Below are positions 9,713 to 19,110 of a stretch of 64,000 nt of DNA, in pieces (the first letter of the stretch is position 1; every line of letters starts with the position of its first letter). The notes beneath the pieces are model-generated. The model had not been told where the DNA came from, did no database searches, and saw nothing but the letters and a program-made list of their open reading frames with translations. Position numbers and translations under genes: made by a program. This DNA comes from a virus (taxonomy: Duplodnaviria; Caudoviricetes), in the IMG/VR virus record IMGVR_UViG_3300031555_004942, positions 1 through 64,000 of that record; one strand, given 5' to 3'.

Positions 9713-10651
9713 ATGGAAATGGAAGAAGTATTAAAATGGCAACTTGAAGTAACAGGAGTAAAGAAATATCATGATATGGGTTATACTGGAAAAGGAATTA
9801 CAGTTCTTTGTCATGAAGATTCTGACCATGGTGGGAAAGCAATGCAAGTATTGAGACAGATTGCACCTAATGTCAAAGTAATATTTGCAAGTGTTTCATC
9901 AATGATTAGTGGAGGAAAACTTAAAAAATACACATGGACTATTGATGGAGAAACATATGAATTTGAAGAAGTAATGGAAAAATTTAAACCTGATATTATA
10001 TCTAATTCTACAAAAAGTGGAACATATTGTCCAGATAGAGATGCAAAAGTTCAACCATACATAGATAATGGAGATGTTATTATATGTACTTCTGCAGGTA
10101 ATGAAGGGCATAGAGGAGCAGAACCTATGTATCCTAATGGATTAGTTATTGGAGCTTGTCAATTCTTTAATAAAAAAGATGATATAAGATATGTCCCTTA
10201 CAGTGGAAGGACAGAGGGAGAACTTGCTGTTGACTATGTAGGATTTATGTGGGATTGGGGAGGAACTTCTGCATCTACACCTTTTGTTGCAGGTCAGATT
10301 GCTTTGTTTATGGAAAGATTTGGTAAAATGTCTCAGCTTGAATTCCAAAGTTTAATTAAACCTTATTGTAGAGATTTAGGAGACCCTGACAAAGACTGGA
10401 TTTATGGAGATGGACTTATTGTTCTCCCAGACGATATAGAAATGGAGATGAAAGATATGTTTGAAGATGTTATTGAAACAAGATGGAGTAAAGAAGATAT
10501 TGAATGGTGTGCAAAAAATGGCATTATGGAAGGTTTCCCTGATGGTAAATTTCACCCAGAAAAGTCACTAACAAGAGAACAAGGAGCAGCTCTTATGCAT
10601 AGACTGTATAAGATGATTGAGAATAATTTTACTTCTAATTATGGGTTTTAA
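9713..10651 (+). CDS. S8 (subtilisin-like) serine peptidase with C-terminal SLH domain
   Basis: GYTGKGITV, HG, SAGN, GTSASTPFVAG; C-terminal W..IEW..GIMEGFPDGKFHPEKSLTREQ. Confidence 0.9.
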   Translation: MEMEEVLKWQLEVTGVKKYHDMGYTGKGITVLCHEDSDHGGKAMQVLRQIAPNVKVIFASVSSMISGGKLKKYTWTIDGETYEFEEVMEKFKPDIISNSTKSGTYCPDRDAKVQPYIDNGDVIICTSAGNEGHRGAEPMYPNGLVIGACQFFNKKDDIRYVPYSGRTEGELAVDYVGFMWDWGGTSASTPFVAGQIALFMERFGKMSQLEFQSLIKPYCRDLGDPDKDWIYGDGLIVLPDDIEMEMKDMFEDVIETRWSKEDIEWCAKNGIMEGFPDGKFHPEKSLTREQGAALMHRLYKMIENNFTSNYGF

Positions 10652-10664
10652 ATAAAATAAAATT

Positions 10665-10686
10665 GAGAACTTTTGTTCTCTTTTTT
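10665..10686 (+). terminator. intrinsic terminator
   Basis: GAGAAC-TTTT-GTTCTC followed by T tract. Confidence 0.7.
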
Positions 10687-10708
10687 ATTAAAAAATTTTT
10701 AATTATTA

Positions 10709-10737
10709 TTGACATTTAGAAAAAAATATGGTATAAT
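10709..10737 (+). promoter_or_regulatory. sigmaA promoter with ~390-nt leader before the 3D-domain gene
   Basis: TTGACA-17bp-(TG)TATAAT. Confidence 0.8.
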
Positions 10738-11133
10738 AATATTGTGAAGCTCATAAAAGAGTTTCACTCACATTGAGATAAATTTTTATTTATCTATAAA
10801 ACACATAATATGGACAATCAATAATGAGTTTACAAGGTAAATGATTTTAAATTATTTTAAATTATTTTAATAATTTTTTAAATTAAGTCTTTTAATCTCT
10901 TTACCTTAATAGTTTTCAAAAAGATAAACTTCAGATAGTGAACTTTTTATTGTATGAATGTGACTGTCTTTTGACACAAACTTCACAATAAATTTGTGTA
11001 GGTAGTATTTTGTAACCTCAACTCAAAGAAATAAAACTTAAACTTTAAAAACTTTAAAAACTTTAAAAAAATAAAAAATGTTATGATATTTTGCACAAAA
11101 AGTTTTATTTCAGAAAGGAACAGGTGAAAAAAT

Positions 11134-11955
11134 ATGAACGAAACAATCAAGGAAGAAAATATCGAAGATAATTCTACAAAAAAACGATTAAGATTTATTG
11201 TTGCAATAATAATTATTTTTATTATGTGTTTAGTACCTTTCAGTTTATGTAACGTAGGAAAAACACATAGCGAATCTTTATTGTCCATGAATTCTAATGA
11301 ACAATCAATTACTGTTGTTATGGAACAGGAAAAATTAAAAGCAGAAAAAGAATTACTTATTCAGAATGCAACTACTAAGTACATAATAACAGACAGTGGA
11401 TTAAACATTAGAAACAAAAATTGGGAAGTAATAGGTACTCTCCCATTGAATTCTGCAATTACAGTATTAAAAGAGCAATTTACTGATGATAAATTATATG
11501 ATTTAGTTTTATATAATAATGAATATGCTTATGCTTGTAATAAATATTTAGGTTTGCAGAAGATAGTGATCCAAATCACAAAAGATGAGAATAAAACAAC
11601 GGATGTAAATTCTCAAAAAAACGAAATAAAGGCACAAGATAATAGTTCGGAAAATTGGGTATATCTTGGTACATTTTCATCAACTGCTTATTGCCCATGT
11701 CGTAAATGTTGTGGCAAATGGTCAGGTGGTCCGACAGCTTCTGGAAAGATGCCCCAAGCAGGAAGAACTATTGCAGTTGATCCTAAAGTTATTCCATTAG
11801 GTTCTCAAGTAAAAATTAATGGAAATATATACACAGCAGAAGATACAGGGTCAGCGATAAAAGGAAAGAAGATTGATATATATTATAATTCGCATTCAGA
11901 AGCTCTAAATTGGGGCAGAAGAAGCATAGAAGTTTATGTTTTAAGGAATTTCTAA
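11134..11955 (+). CDS. membrane-anchored SH3b + 3D-domain cell-wall enzyme
   Basis: N-terminal TM; SGLNIR SH3b-like; TAYC..TASG..IAVDPKVIPLGS..AEDTGSAIKGKKIDIY. Confidence 0.9.
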   Translation: MNETIKEENIEDNSTKKRLRFIVAIIIIFIMCLVPFSLCNVGKTHSESLLSMNSNEQSITVVMEQEKLKAEKELLIQNATTKYIITDSGLNIRNKNWEVIGTLPLNSAITVLKEQFTDDKLYDLVLYNNEYAYACNKYLGLQKIVIQITKDENKTTDVNSQKNEIKAQDNSSENWVYLGTFSSTAYCPCRKCCGKWSGGPTASGKMPQAGRTIAVDPKVIPLGSQVKINGNIYTAEDTGSAIKGKKIDIYYNSHSEALNWGRRSIEVYVLRNF

Positions 11956-12998
11956 AAGAAACGAGAAAATATTTTTACTTTAATTAAACTAACTTAAATT
12001 ATATCAATCATTATTGAGGTATGCTAAAATAATTTTATTTATTATTTAGTTTTATGAGATGCTACAAAAAATATTATATAACTAACAATTAACCTGCATT
12101 TATTAATAAAGAAACTTGTTTTCTGAATTTACTTTTGTTAGTTTACAAATTTATTTTAAGATTAAATAATCTAATGGTAATCTTTTTAAAGATTACTTCT
12201 CGTTTGATCTTACATATTATGTGTTATTTTAAAAAGAATCTATTAGCTTCTACTAAGGTGAAATGATATATCCTTATAAAATAGATTCTTTTTTTGTTTG
12301 TTTTTTATTATGTTATGATTAAAATATGTAGAATCAATTTTAAGATACCTGAGACTTCGATTTTTGAATTATATCTTTTTACTGGTCTAATTATATTCCT
12401 AAATGCTAAAATTGAAATTTGGGGTGTTTTTGAGCGTTTAAATGCATGTGTATAAAAATATGTTTTGATAGGGTGATGGGAGTAGGAAACAGAATAAGTG
12501 CAAACTCCGTACACTACTCCCTTTTAAAAAATGATTTTGAAGAGGCTAATCCTTTTTTATTTTATCCTTTTTTATTGTATTTATTCTTGGGTTTTTATTA
12601 TTTTATTTTGCTTTTCTTTTATTTTTTTAACTATTTTTTTCTATTTTATTTTTTGAGATGGAATGAGATGAAATGAAGAAAATATAAAAAATCCCTGCCC
12701 TCTTATTATATATTTTTGTTGAGATGAGATGGAATGGGAAATAGTCCCTAAAAAAATACCCCCCTTGCTTTAAAAAAATCCCCCTCTTATAAAAATTTTA
12801 CTGGAGTGGGGGAAAAGAATGGGAAAGGGAGTAGATTAAGTGCAAAGCCAGTACACCTATCCCTCGGAATCCCGCGAACTTAAGAAACTCCCCATGGTAG
12901 AGAAGAACACCCAGATTTTGTGTTCCTTTTTTATTTTTAAAGAGAATAGTTTAGGGACATAACTCTTATTGGTCACAATAAGTTAAACTTATTATATA

Positions 12999-14132
12999 TC
13001 AAATCTTCTGAGAATTAACATATTCAATCATATTTTCAATTTCAGAAGTTGAAACAAAAGAACCTTGAAATCTAATTGGATCTTTACCATCAGGGTTAAG
13101 AAGTAATCCATCACCATCTCCTGTAAGCTTTTCAGCCCCAGAAGTATCAAGTACAACTCTTGAATTTACAGCAGAAGGTACTTTAAAGCATATTTTTGTA
13201 GGAATATTAACTTTAAGTAATCCTGTTACAACTTCTCTAGATGGTCTCTGAGTTGCAAGAATAAGATGAATTCCACAAGCTCTACCCATCTGAGCTAATC
13301 TAATAAGAAGAGGTTCAACTTCTTTCTTATTACGCATCATTAATTCTGCAAGTTCATCAATAATGATTATAGCTCTTGAATATTTCTGTTCAGATATTGC
13401 ATTAAACTCATCAATATCTTTACATCCCATAGCTGAAATTGTTCTATATCTTTGTTCCATATTGTGACAAATTGTATAAAGAGCAGAAGATGCTTTATAT
13501 ATATTATCAACAACATCACAAGACAAGAAGAATTTCATTTTATTATATCTTGAAAATTCCACCTGTTTAGGGTCTATTAAAACCATTTGAACCTGAGTAG
13601 GATCACAATTTGCAAGAATAGAAGATATAATAGAATTAACACATACAGACTTACCTGACCCTGTTGCTCCACAAATAAGGACATGAGGAGCTTTAGTAAT
13701 ATCAAGAGATACAGGTTTATTTTCTTCATCGAGACCCAAAGGCACAGAAAATGAATTAGTGTTATTTGTATCCATTTCTATGCAATTACCCAGAGGGATA
13801 ATAATTCTTTCATCATGAGGAATACTAATAGTAAAACCTGCATAATTTTTAGATGGACCAATAAGAACAGAATCTTTTCTAAGGAACATTTCAAGAGTTT
13901 TCTCTAACTTTTTAACTTTTTCAAAAGTTATATTATAGTTAAAAAGTTCAAAATCATAAATAGAGCAAGAAGCAGTTCTAATAATCTTATTACACTCACA
14001 GGCAATATCTTTATTAATAAAAATTCTATTAAGAGTTTCAAGATTAAGAGTATCCTGTTCAGTAGTAATTTCTCCTATCTGAAGATTTTGTGGTTTAAAA
14101 ATTTGTATTTTGTTTGGTTTTTTGTAATTCAT
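12999..14132 (-). CDS. FtsK/SpoIIIE-family DNA translocase motor domain
   Basis: PHVLICGATGSGKS, IDPK, IIIIDELAEL, GIHLILATQRPS, GAEKLTGDGD; no membrane or gamma domain. Confidence 0.92.
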   Translation of the reverse strand: MNYKKPNKIQIFKPQNLQIGEITTEQDTLNLETLNRIFINKDIACECNKIIRTASCSIYDFELFNYNITFEKVKKLEKTLEMFLRKDSVLIGPSKNYAGFTISIPHDERIIIPLGNCIEMDTNNTNSFSVPLGLDEENKPVSLDITKAPHVLICGATGSGKSVCVNSIISSILANCDPTQVQMVLIDPKQVEFSRYNKMKFFLSCDVVDNIYKASSALYTICHNMEQRYRTISAMGCKDIDEFNAISEQKYSRAIIIIDELAELMMRNKKEVEPLLIRLAQMGRACGIHLILATQRPSREVVTGLLKVNIPTKICFKVPSAVNSRVVLDTSGAEKLTGDGDGLLLNPDGKDPIRFQGSFVSTSEIENMIEYVNSQKI

Positions 14133-14175
14133 AGTGTAATTCCTTTCTTTTTTGTCAAAAATTTTATAAAAACTA

Positions 14176-14204
14176 TTGACAAATTTAAAGTTTTATGTTA
14201 TAAT
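14176..14204 (+). promoter_or_regulatory. antisense sigmaA promoter, cassette A
   Basis: TTGACA-17bp-(TG)TATAAT facing against the - strand operon. Confidence 0.85.
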
Positions 14205-14209
14205 ATAAA

Positions 14210-14359
14210 AAGAGAAGAAAAGTATAGGTTCACTTCTCTAATATATTATTTACAAGCAGGGAAAGAAATTTCCCTTACATGTTCGTTAGAGTCATAAGAC
14301 TCCAAATAATTTGCAGGAATGAATCCTATTGTTTTGTGTTGGGGATTCATTCCATTTTT
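14210..14359 (+). ncRNA. putative antisense sRNA, cassette A
   Basis: Promoter, four hairpins, terminal GGAATGAATCC..GGATTCATTCC + T tract; homologous to cassette E. Confidence 0.7.
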
Positions 14360-14410
14360 ATTACTCAAATTATTAACAAACATATTATAAGGATAATTAA
14401 AATTATTCAT
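14246..14410 (-). CDS. 54-aa peptide, cassette A (family 2)
   Basis: SD GAAAGGAG; MNNFNYPYNMFVNNLSNKNGMNPQHKTIGFIPANYLESYDSNEHVREISFPACK. Confidence 0.75.
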   Translation of the reverse strand: MNNFNYPYNMFVNNLSNKNGMNPQHKTIGFIPANYLESYDSNEHVREISFPACK

Positions 14411-14513
14411 AATATCAACTCCTTTCAGTAAGAAATCTCAATTAAAGAATCCCTATACAATTCTTTTCAATCAAATCATAAACATCACTCCTTTCAGAAT
14501 TTAATTATTTTTT

Positions 14514-15452
14514 TTATTCTTTTACCTCACATTCATAAAAATTCTCATCACACTCAGCACAAACATAATCATACTGAGGTAAATCACTTTTAAATAGATA
14601 ACATCCACAATGAGGACATTCTTTATCTGTTCTACATTTATCAATTACTTTTACAATGGGTTCTACAATATCTGAGAGATAATCAAGTACTTCATTATTA
14701 GAAGGGATAAAGGAGCTTAACTCATTGATATAATCAACTGCTTTAACAATATCTGTTATTGATAAATCTTTTATTGTGTTTTGACAATCTTCAAAATTTT
14801 TTGTTCTATCTTGTGGTGTATCAAATTCATTAATTTTCTGATTATGATCTTCAAAAGTTTTATCAATAAGATAATCAAAACACACATCATAATATTTTTC
14901 ATAATATTTTTCTGAATTATCACTATTTATTTCATTAGAGTGTAATTCTTGAATAACTGCATATAAAAATTTTTCTTTAACTGAATGAATCCAATCCATT
15001 TTACAAATTTCGATTTCATCTTCAGAGCATTCAGGTAAATCAGGTCTTGTTATACAATAATCTGTTTCAAAATTATCATCAAGAAAGCTATTTTTAAAAT
15101 CAAGGTTCATTTTTTCAGCAATTTTATCAAAAACAGATATAAGTTCATTATACATAATATTATTTTTATTCATATAACTTTCCTCCATATAAAAATTCTT
15201 TAATACATTTTCTAACTCTTGAAGAGAAATTGTTTTAGTATATTTATAATTTGTATCCTCATCTTCATATCTACAATAAATGACATAATGAGGATTTCCA
15301 TCATTAGATGATTTATATACATCAACAAATCTTTCTGTTCCATTTTTAAACTTTTTAATAATAAAACATCCACTACTATCTGTAACATCATCAAAACTAC
15401 ATGTTTTTAATATTTCATGGATTTGCTTTGCTGTATGTTTTATATTTTTCAT
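14514..15452 (-). CDS. hypothetical protein with C-terminal Zn ribbon (possible two-gene fusion)
   Basis: CPHCG..CAEC; internal SD+ATG at 15173. Confidence 0.7.
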   Translation of the reverse strand: MKNIKHTAKQIHEILKTCSFDDVTDSSGCFIIKKFKNGTERFVDVYKSSNDGNPHYVIYCRYEDEDTNYKYTKTISLQELENVLKNFYMEESYMNKNNIMYNELISVFDKIAEKMNLDFKNSFLDDNFETDYCITRPDLPECSEDEIEICKMDWIHSVKEKFLYAVIQELHSNEINSDNSEKYYEKYYDVCFDYLIDKTFEDHNQKINEFDTPQDRTKNFEDCQNTIKDLSITDIVKAVDYINELSSFIPSNNEVLDYLSDIVEPIVKVIDKCRTDKECPHCGCYLFKSDLPQYDYVCAECDENFYECEVKE

Positions 15453-15453
15453 A

Positions 15454-15867
15454 TTAATTATCCTCCTTAACACATTTTTCAATTAAAACAATTGCATCTT
15501 CATCGACATCAAATATTGGTCCTGTTTTATTAATTATATTAAGAATTATTTTTTCGAACTCATTTCTTATTAATTCTTTGTCCATATCTAAATCTATAGA
15601 ATAAATATTAGGGCATCCACCTCCATATATATCTGTAATAAAATTAGGGTCAAAAGAATCAAACCCAGTATCTATGCAATGTATACCACACCACATATGT
15701 TCAACAGCACTATAAGCAAATACTATATCATCAGTAATTGTTCCATCATAATATACAAAAGAATAATCATTCCAATTCCATGGTTCTTCATTTTTAGACA
15801 TTACACTTTCTGATAATATTGTAGCAAAATTTTCAACAGTTATTAATTTCATATTTTTTTCATTCAT
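15454..15867 (-). CDS. hypothetical protein
   Basis: SD AAGGAG. Confidence 0.75.
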   Translation of the reverse strand: MNEKNMKLITVENFATILSESVMSKNEEPWNWNDYSFVYYDGTITDDIVFAYSAVEHMWCGIHCIDTGFDSFDPNFITDIYGGGCPNIYSIDLDMDKELIRNEFEKIILNIINKTGPIFDVDEDAIVLIEKCVKEDN

Positions 15868-15905
15868 AGTTTTTTCTCCTTTTTATAAAAATTTTTAAAT
15901 TTTAC

Positions 15906-15934
15906 TTGACAATTTTAAAATTTTATGATATAAT
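15906..15934 (+). promoter_or_regulatory. antisense sigmaA promoter, cassette B
   Basis: TTGACA-17bp-(TG)TATAAT. Confidence 0.85.
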
Positions 15935-15939
15935 ATAAA

Positions 15940-16095
15940 TAAAGAGAGGAGATATTATCTCCTCTCCTATGAAAGTTTATTTGAATTCTGTTATAGAAAC
16001 AAAATCCAAATCGGGATTAAATCCCATATTTGTGTCAAATAATATATTTGACTGAATAGAAACTACTTCGGTTGGTGGAGTAGTTTCTTTTATTT
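15940..16095 (+). ncRNA. putative antisense sRNA, cassette B
   Basis: Hairpins GAGAGGAGAT/ATCTCCTCTC, GGGAT/ATCCC, GTCAAATA/TATTTGAC; terminator AGAAACTACTTC/GGAGTAGTTTCT-TTTATTT. Confidence 0.7.
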
Positions 16096-16108
16096 GTTCT
16101 ACATTCAT
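15977..16108 (-). CDS. 43-aa peptide, cassette B (family 1)
   Basis: SD GAAAGGAGGTGAT; MNVEQIKETTPPTEVVSIQSNILFDTNMGFNPDLDFVSITEFK. Confidence 0.8.
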   Translation of the reverse strand: MNVEQIKETTPPTEVVSIQSNILFDTNMGFNPDLDFVSITEFK

Positions 16109-16136
16109 ATCATCACCTCCTTTCAATAGATATAAG

Positions 16137-16649
16137 TTAAAATATATTTCCATTCCATTCGTTATGGTATTCATCATATTCGAAATCAACATAATCATTT
16201 GTATAACGTTTCATTATTTGATTAAAGTATGACATATCATTAGAATGAAATTGAGTTTTATTAAAACAATTAATCATATGAAGAGTTTTTTCATATTCTG
16301 CTCTTAAACTTTCATCTTCTTCAACCCAATCTTCAACACATGTTTCCAATGCTATTTTTAAATACATCATATCTAAATTGTTTTGATTTTCAAACATATA
16401 TAATGTAAATACCAATGGTAATCCATTATCCTTATATTGTCCACCAGATGCAGCTAGTTCAACAATATTTGGTTCAAGAGATGCTTGATAATTAAGAATT
16501 TCTTCTATTTTTTCTGTGAGATTTTGTTGAATTCTTGATAATTCTAAATTTAATTCAGGAGTGATACTCCAATTAAGAATACCTCTTGTTTCTTCTTCTT
16601 CAATAAATAGTCTTGTTACAAATTTATCAATTTTATTATAAATAGTCAT
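16137..16649 (-). CDS. hypothetical protein
   Basis: SD AAGGAGG. Confidence 0.75.
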   Translation of the reverse strand: MTIYNKIDKFVTRLFIEEEETRGILNWSITPELNLELSRIQQNLTEKIEEILNYQASLEPNIVELAASGGQYKDNGLPLVFTLYMFENQNNLDMMYLKIALETCVEDWVEEDESLRAEYEKTLHMINCFNKTQFHSNDMSYFNQIMKRYTNDYVDFEYDEYHNEWNGNIF

Positions 16650-16863
16650 AATAATTCCTCCTTAAATTAATTCAAATAAAACATCAAATCCATTTTCCTC
16701 ACACCAATCACATTTAGACTTTTCAACATCATCTTCATCAAATTCCAAATCAATATCATGTCTAAGAGTTGGCAAATATCCTTCACGACTTTCAATAGCT
16801 GCTAAACAGTGTGAACATACCCACATTGTATTTCTTTCCATATTAATAACCTCCGATTTATTA

Positions 16864-17070
16864 CTATTCTACATATTTAATATCTTCCATTGTGACAGCA
16901 TCTTCTGGGTCTAAATCATTAAGCCATACAAGTTCATCCACATTACATTCATTAAGATGCGAGTGAATATACTCAAGTATTGCTTTATAATCATTTTTAA
17001 TTTCATTTGGTATTTCTAATTCAGATTGATAAACTGCAGTACACGCTACACTAAATTTTACTTTTGACAT
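16864..17070 (-). CDS. hypothetical protein
   Basis: SD AGGTGA. Confidence 0.7.
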   Translation of the reverse strand: MSKVKFSVACTAVYQSELEIPNEIKNDYKAILEYIHSHLNECNVDELVWLNDLDPEDAVTMEDIKYVE

Positions 17071-17126
17071 ATTATCACCTTTAACCTTTCTATTTTTTGA
17101 TAAAGCTATTTTTCATTTATTTTGCA

Positions 17127-17324
17127 TTAAATATCAAAATCAATTTCTAATTCTTCTCCAACTTTTTCCCACTTAGTAACGGACAATTCATATCCCTCAT
17201 CTTTAGGGAATTTTTGAATAAAAACTTTTAATTTTTCTTTCAAATCCCATGGGTTAGTAATACTTCTTTCTGCAGTTGCAAAGAAGTGTTTTCCATTTAG
17301 TGTTACATTGATTTCATAATACAT
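17127..17324 (-). CDS. hypothetical protein
   Basis: SD AAGGAG. Confidence 0.7.
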   Translation of the reverse strand: MYYEINVTLNGKHFFATAERSITNPWDLKEKLKVFIQKFPKDEGYELSVTKWEKVGEELEIDFDI

Positions 17325-17337
17325 AAGATCATCTCCT

Positions 17338-17841
17338 TTATATATCCTGTTTTATATTTCTTTTTTGAATTGCTGCAAAAACGATATTCTCAAGAATTTC
17401 ATCACCCGACATTTCATCTTCATAAGAAAATTCTTTTTCAAAATTAAAAGAAATATCAATTATAAATGATTCATCTTGTATAAGTTGTTTTATAATATTT
17501 TCATCTTTTATATAATCCTTTAAATTCACTTTTATTCCATTAATAATTGTAAATTCATATTTTTTTTCATTTAAAAGACCATATTCTTGATATTCCTCAT
17601 CATAAGTTTCATCAAGTTCAATTTGAACATCTGTAAGAATATCATTATATAAATCACCATAAAAATTATTATCAACATGATAATGCAAGCTATATAATAA
17701 TTCTTTTATAATCTCAGCAAGATTATCTTTTGTAAAACTATGAAAATTACAACTTATAAAATCATATGCTTTTTGTGGTTCATTTTTTAAAATCTCTGTA
17801 AATTCCATCATTGTTTTAGTATCTTCGTAATTATTACTCAT
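17338..17841 (-). CDS. acidic hypothetical protein
   Basis: SD AAGGAGG. Confidence 0.75.
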   Translation of the reverse strand: MSNNYEDTKTMMEFTEILKNEPQKAYDFISCNFHSFTKDNLAEIIKELLYSLHYHVDNNFYGDLYNDILTDVQIELDETYDEEYQEYGLLNEKKYEFTIINGIKVNLKDYIKDENIIKQLIQDESFIIDISFNFEKEFSYEDEMSGDEILENIVFAAIQKRNIKQDI

Positions 17842-18016
17842 TTTTTATTTCCTCCTTTTAATTATCTAATTGATATTTTTCAATTATTTCTTTTTTTGTC
17901 TTTTCAGCATCGAAAGTTATAACAGATTCATAAACATTCCAAGCTTCATCCATTAATTCAACCAACCATGAATTTGGACCTGATTCAGTAACATTAAAGA
18001 ACATAGAGAAACCTCC

Positions 18017-18520
18017 TTAATTATCAAAATATGGACAACCATTAAATTTCATTTCTGAAGGTATAATTTCTTCAGGGTAAGCAAATATTTGTTTATTGTT
18101 TGAAAGTTCAATCAACCACATTGGTAAATGTTCGATAAATATACCATCATCTTCAGTAGCTCTTCTAATTACTTTAAATTTATAATTTTTATATTCTTCA
18201 TATTGTTCAAAAGGTGTCCAATATTTATCTGAAAATCCTTCTTGTTCGTAACAATTAAAACAATCTTTTACAAACTCTTGATGTTTTTCATCAGACATCT
18301 CATCTCTATCCTCTGGATATTTAATTTTCATTTCTTCCCAAGTCATAACAATGCCTCCTTTTTGTTTCTCCCATTTTTCGAATTCATTCCATACGGATTC
18401 TTTATAATATACATCACTTAAAAAATAATTAGGATGTTGTTCTAAAAATATTTCTATATGAGCAAATTTTTCTTCACCAATTTTGTTTTTTATTGTTTCA
18501 TATTCTTGCAAAATACTCAT
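18017..18520 (-). CDS. hypothetical protein (possible two-gene fusion)
   Basis: SD AAGGAGG; internal SD+ATG at 18346. Confidence 0.7.
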   Translation of the reverse strand: MSILQEYETIKNKIGEEKFAHIEIFLEQHPNYFLSDVYYKESVWNEFEKWEKQKGGIVMTWEEMKIKYPEDRDEMSDEKHQEFVKDCFNCYEQEGFSDKYWTPFEQYEEYKNYKFKVIRRATEDDGIFIEHLPMWLIELSNNKQIFAYPEEIIPSEMKFNGCPYFDN

Positions 18521-18536
18521 TATTATACCTCCTTTT

Positions 18537-18911
18537 TTAATCTTCATCTTCAAAAGTCTCTGCAGATATTAATACTTCATTACAATCTTCACATTCAATA
18601 CAAATATCATCAGGGTCATTTATATCTCCATAAGCTACACAAACGATATTGTGTCCAATATGATTTTTAAGCAATTCATACATCATATTTGTTTTTACTA
18701 TTTGAATTTTTGCTGTAATAATTATATCTTCTGGATTTTTAATATTATATTTTTTAATAAAATCTTCTAAAGCATCTCCATTAATTTTATCCCATATAGA
18801 AAAATTATTATTTTCAATATAATTTTTATAATCAATAGCCTCTGAGTTATTATTTGCATAACTATTATCCCAATGTACTCCATTTAAAAAAATATTTACT
18901 ATATACTTCAT
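18537..18911 (-). CDS. hypothetical protein
   Basis: HIGH..CIECEDC motif; SD. Confidence 0.7.
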   Translation of the reverse strand: MKYIVNIFLNGVHWDNSYANNNSEAIDYKNYIENNNFSIWDKINGDALEDFIKKYNIKNPEDIIITAKIQIVKTNMMYELLKNHIGHNIVCVAYGDINDPDDICIECEDCNEVLISAETFEDED

Positions 18912-18924
18912 AATATTTCTCCTT

Positions 18925-19110
18925 TCAAACTTTCAAATTATTTTCTTTTACTAATCTTTGCCACATCATACGATTTACTTCATTGCTATAAGGAATTGTA
19001 ATATGACACCCTCTTTCATTATAAAATTTCACATGATCTGAACGACCTTGTATGATTTTATTAAATCCATTATTAATTAAAATCTTTTTAGCTATTCTGA
19101 ATTTCATCAA
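18925..19110 (-). CDS. hicA: HicA-family mRNA interferase (no adjacent HicB)
   Basis: KILINNGF..GRSDHVKF..HITIP pattern; about 60 aa, basic. Confidence 0.7.
   Translation of the reverse strand: MMKFRIAKKILINNGFNKIIQGRSDHVKFYNERGCHITIPYSNEVNRMMWQRLVKENNLKV

Noticed and set aside
10743-11133. c-di-AMP or c-di-GMP riboswitch before the 3D-domain gene
   Set aside because: Conserved cores (GCTGAA..GGGGGACC; GGCAAA..GCAAAG) not found
12308-12676. ORFs 12308..12514 and 12446..12676, and other opposite-strand shadow ORFs in the track
   Set aside because: No SD, low-complexity translation, overlap with better-supported genes or non-coding elements
14088-14297. + strand ORFs 14088..14297 and 44860..45060 as protein products
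   Set aside because: The first starts upstream of the cassette A promoter without an SD; the second is a translation of the iteron repeats
14211-14466. GTATAGG hairpins as CRISPR type I-F repeats or RNA anti-CRISPRs
   Set aside because: Only the 7-mer matches; the CTGCC/GGCAG stem is absent, copies are inverted, and no repeat-spacer array or cas gene was seen
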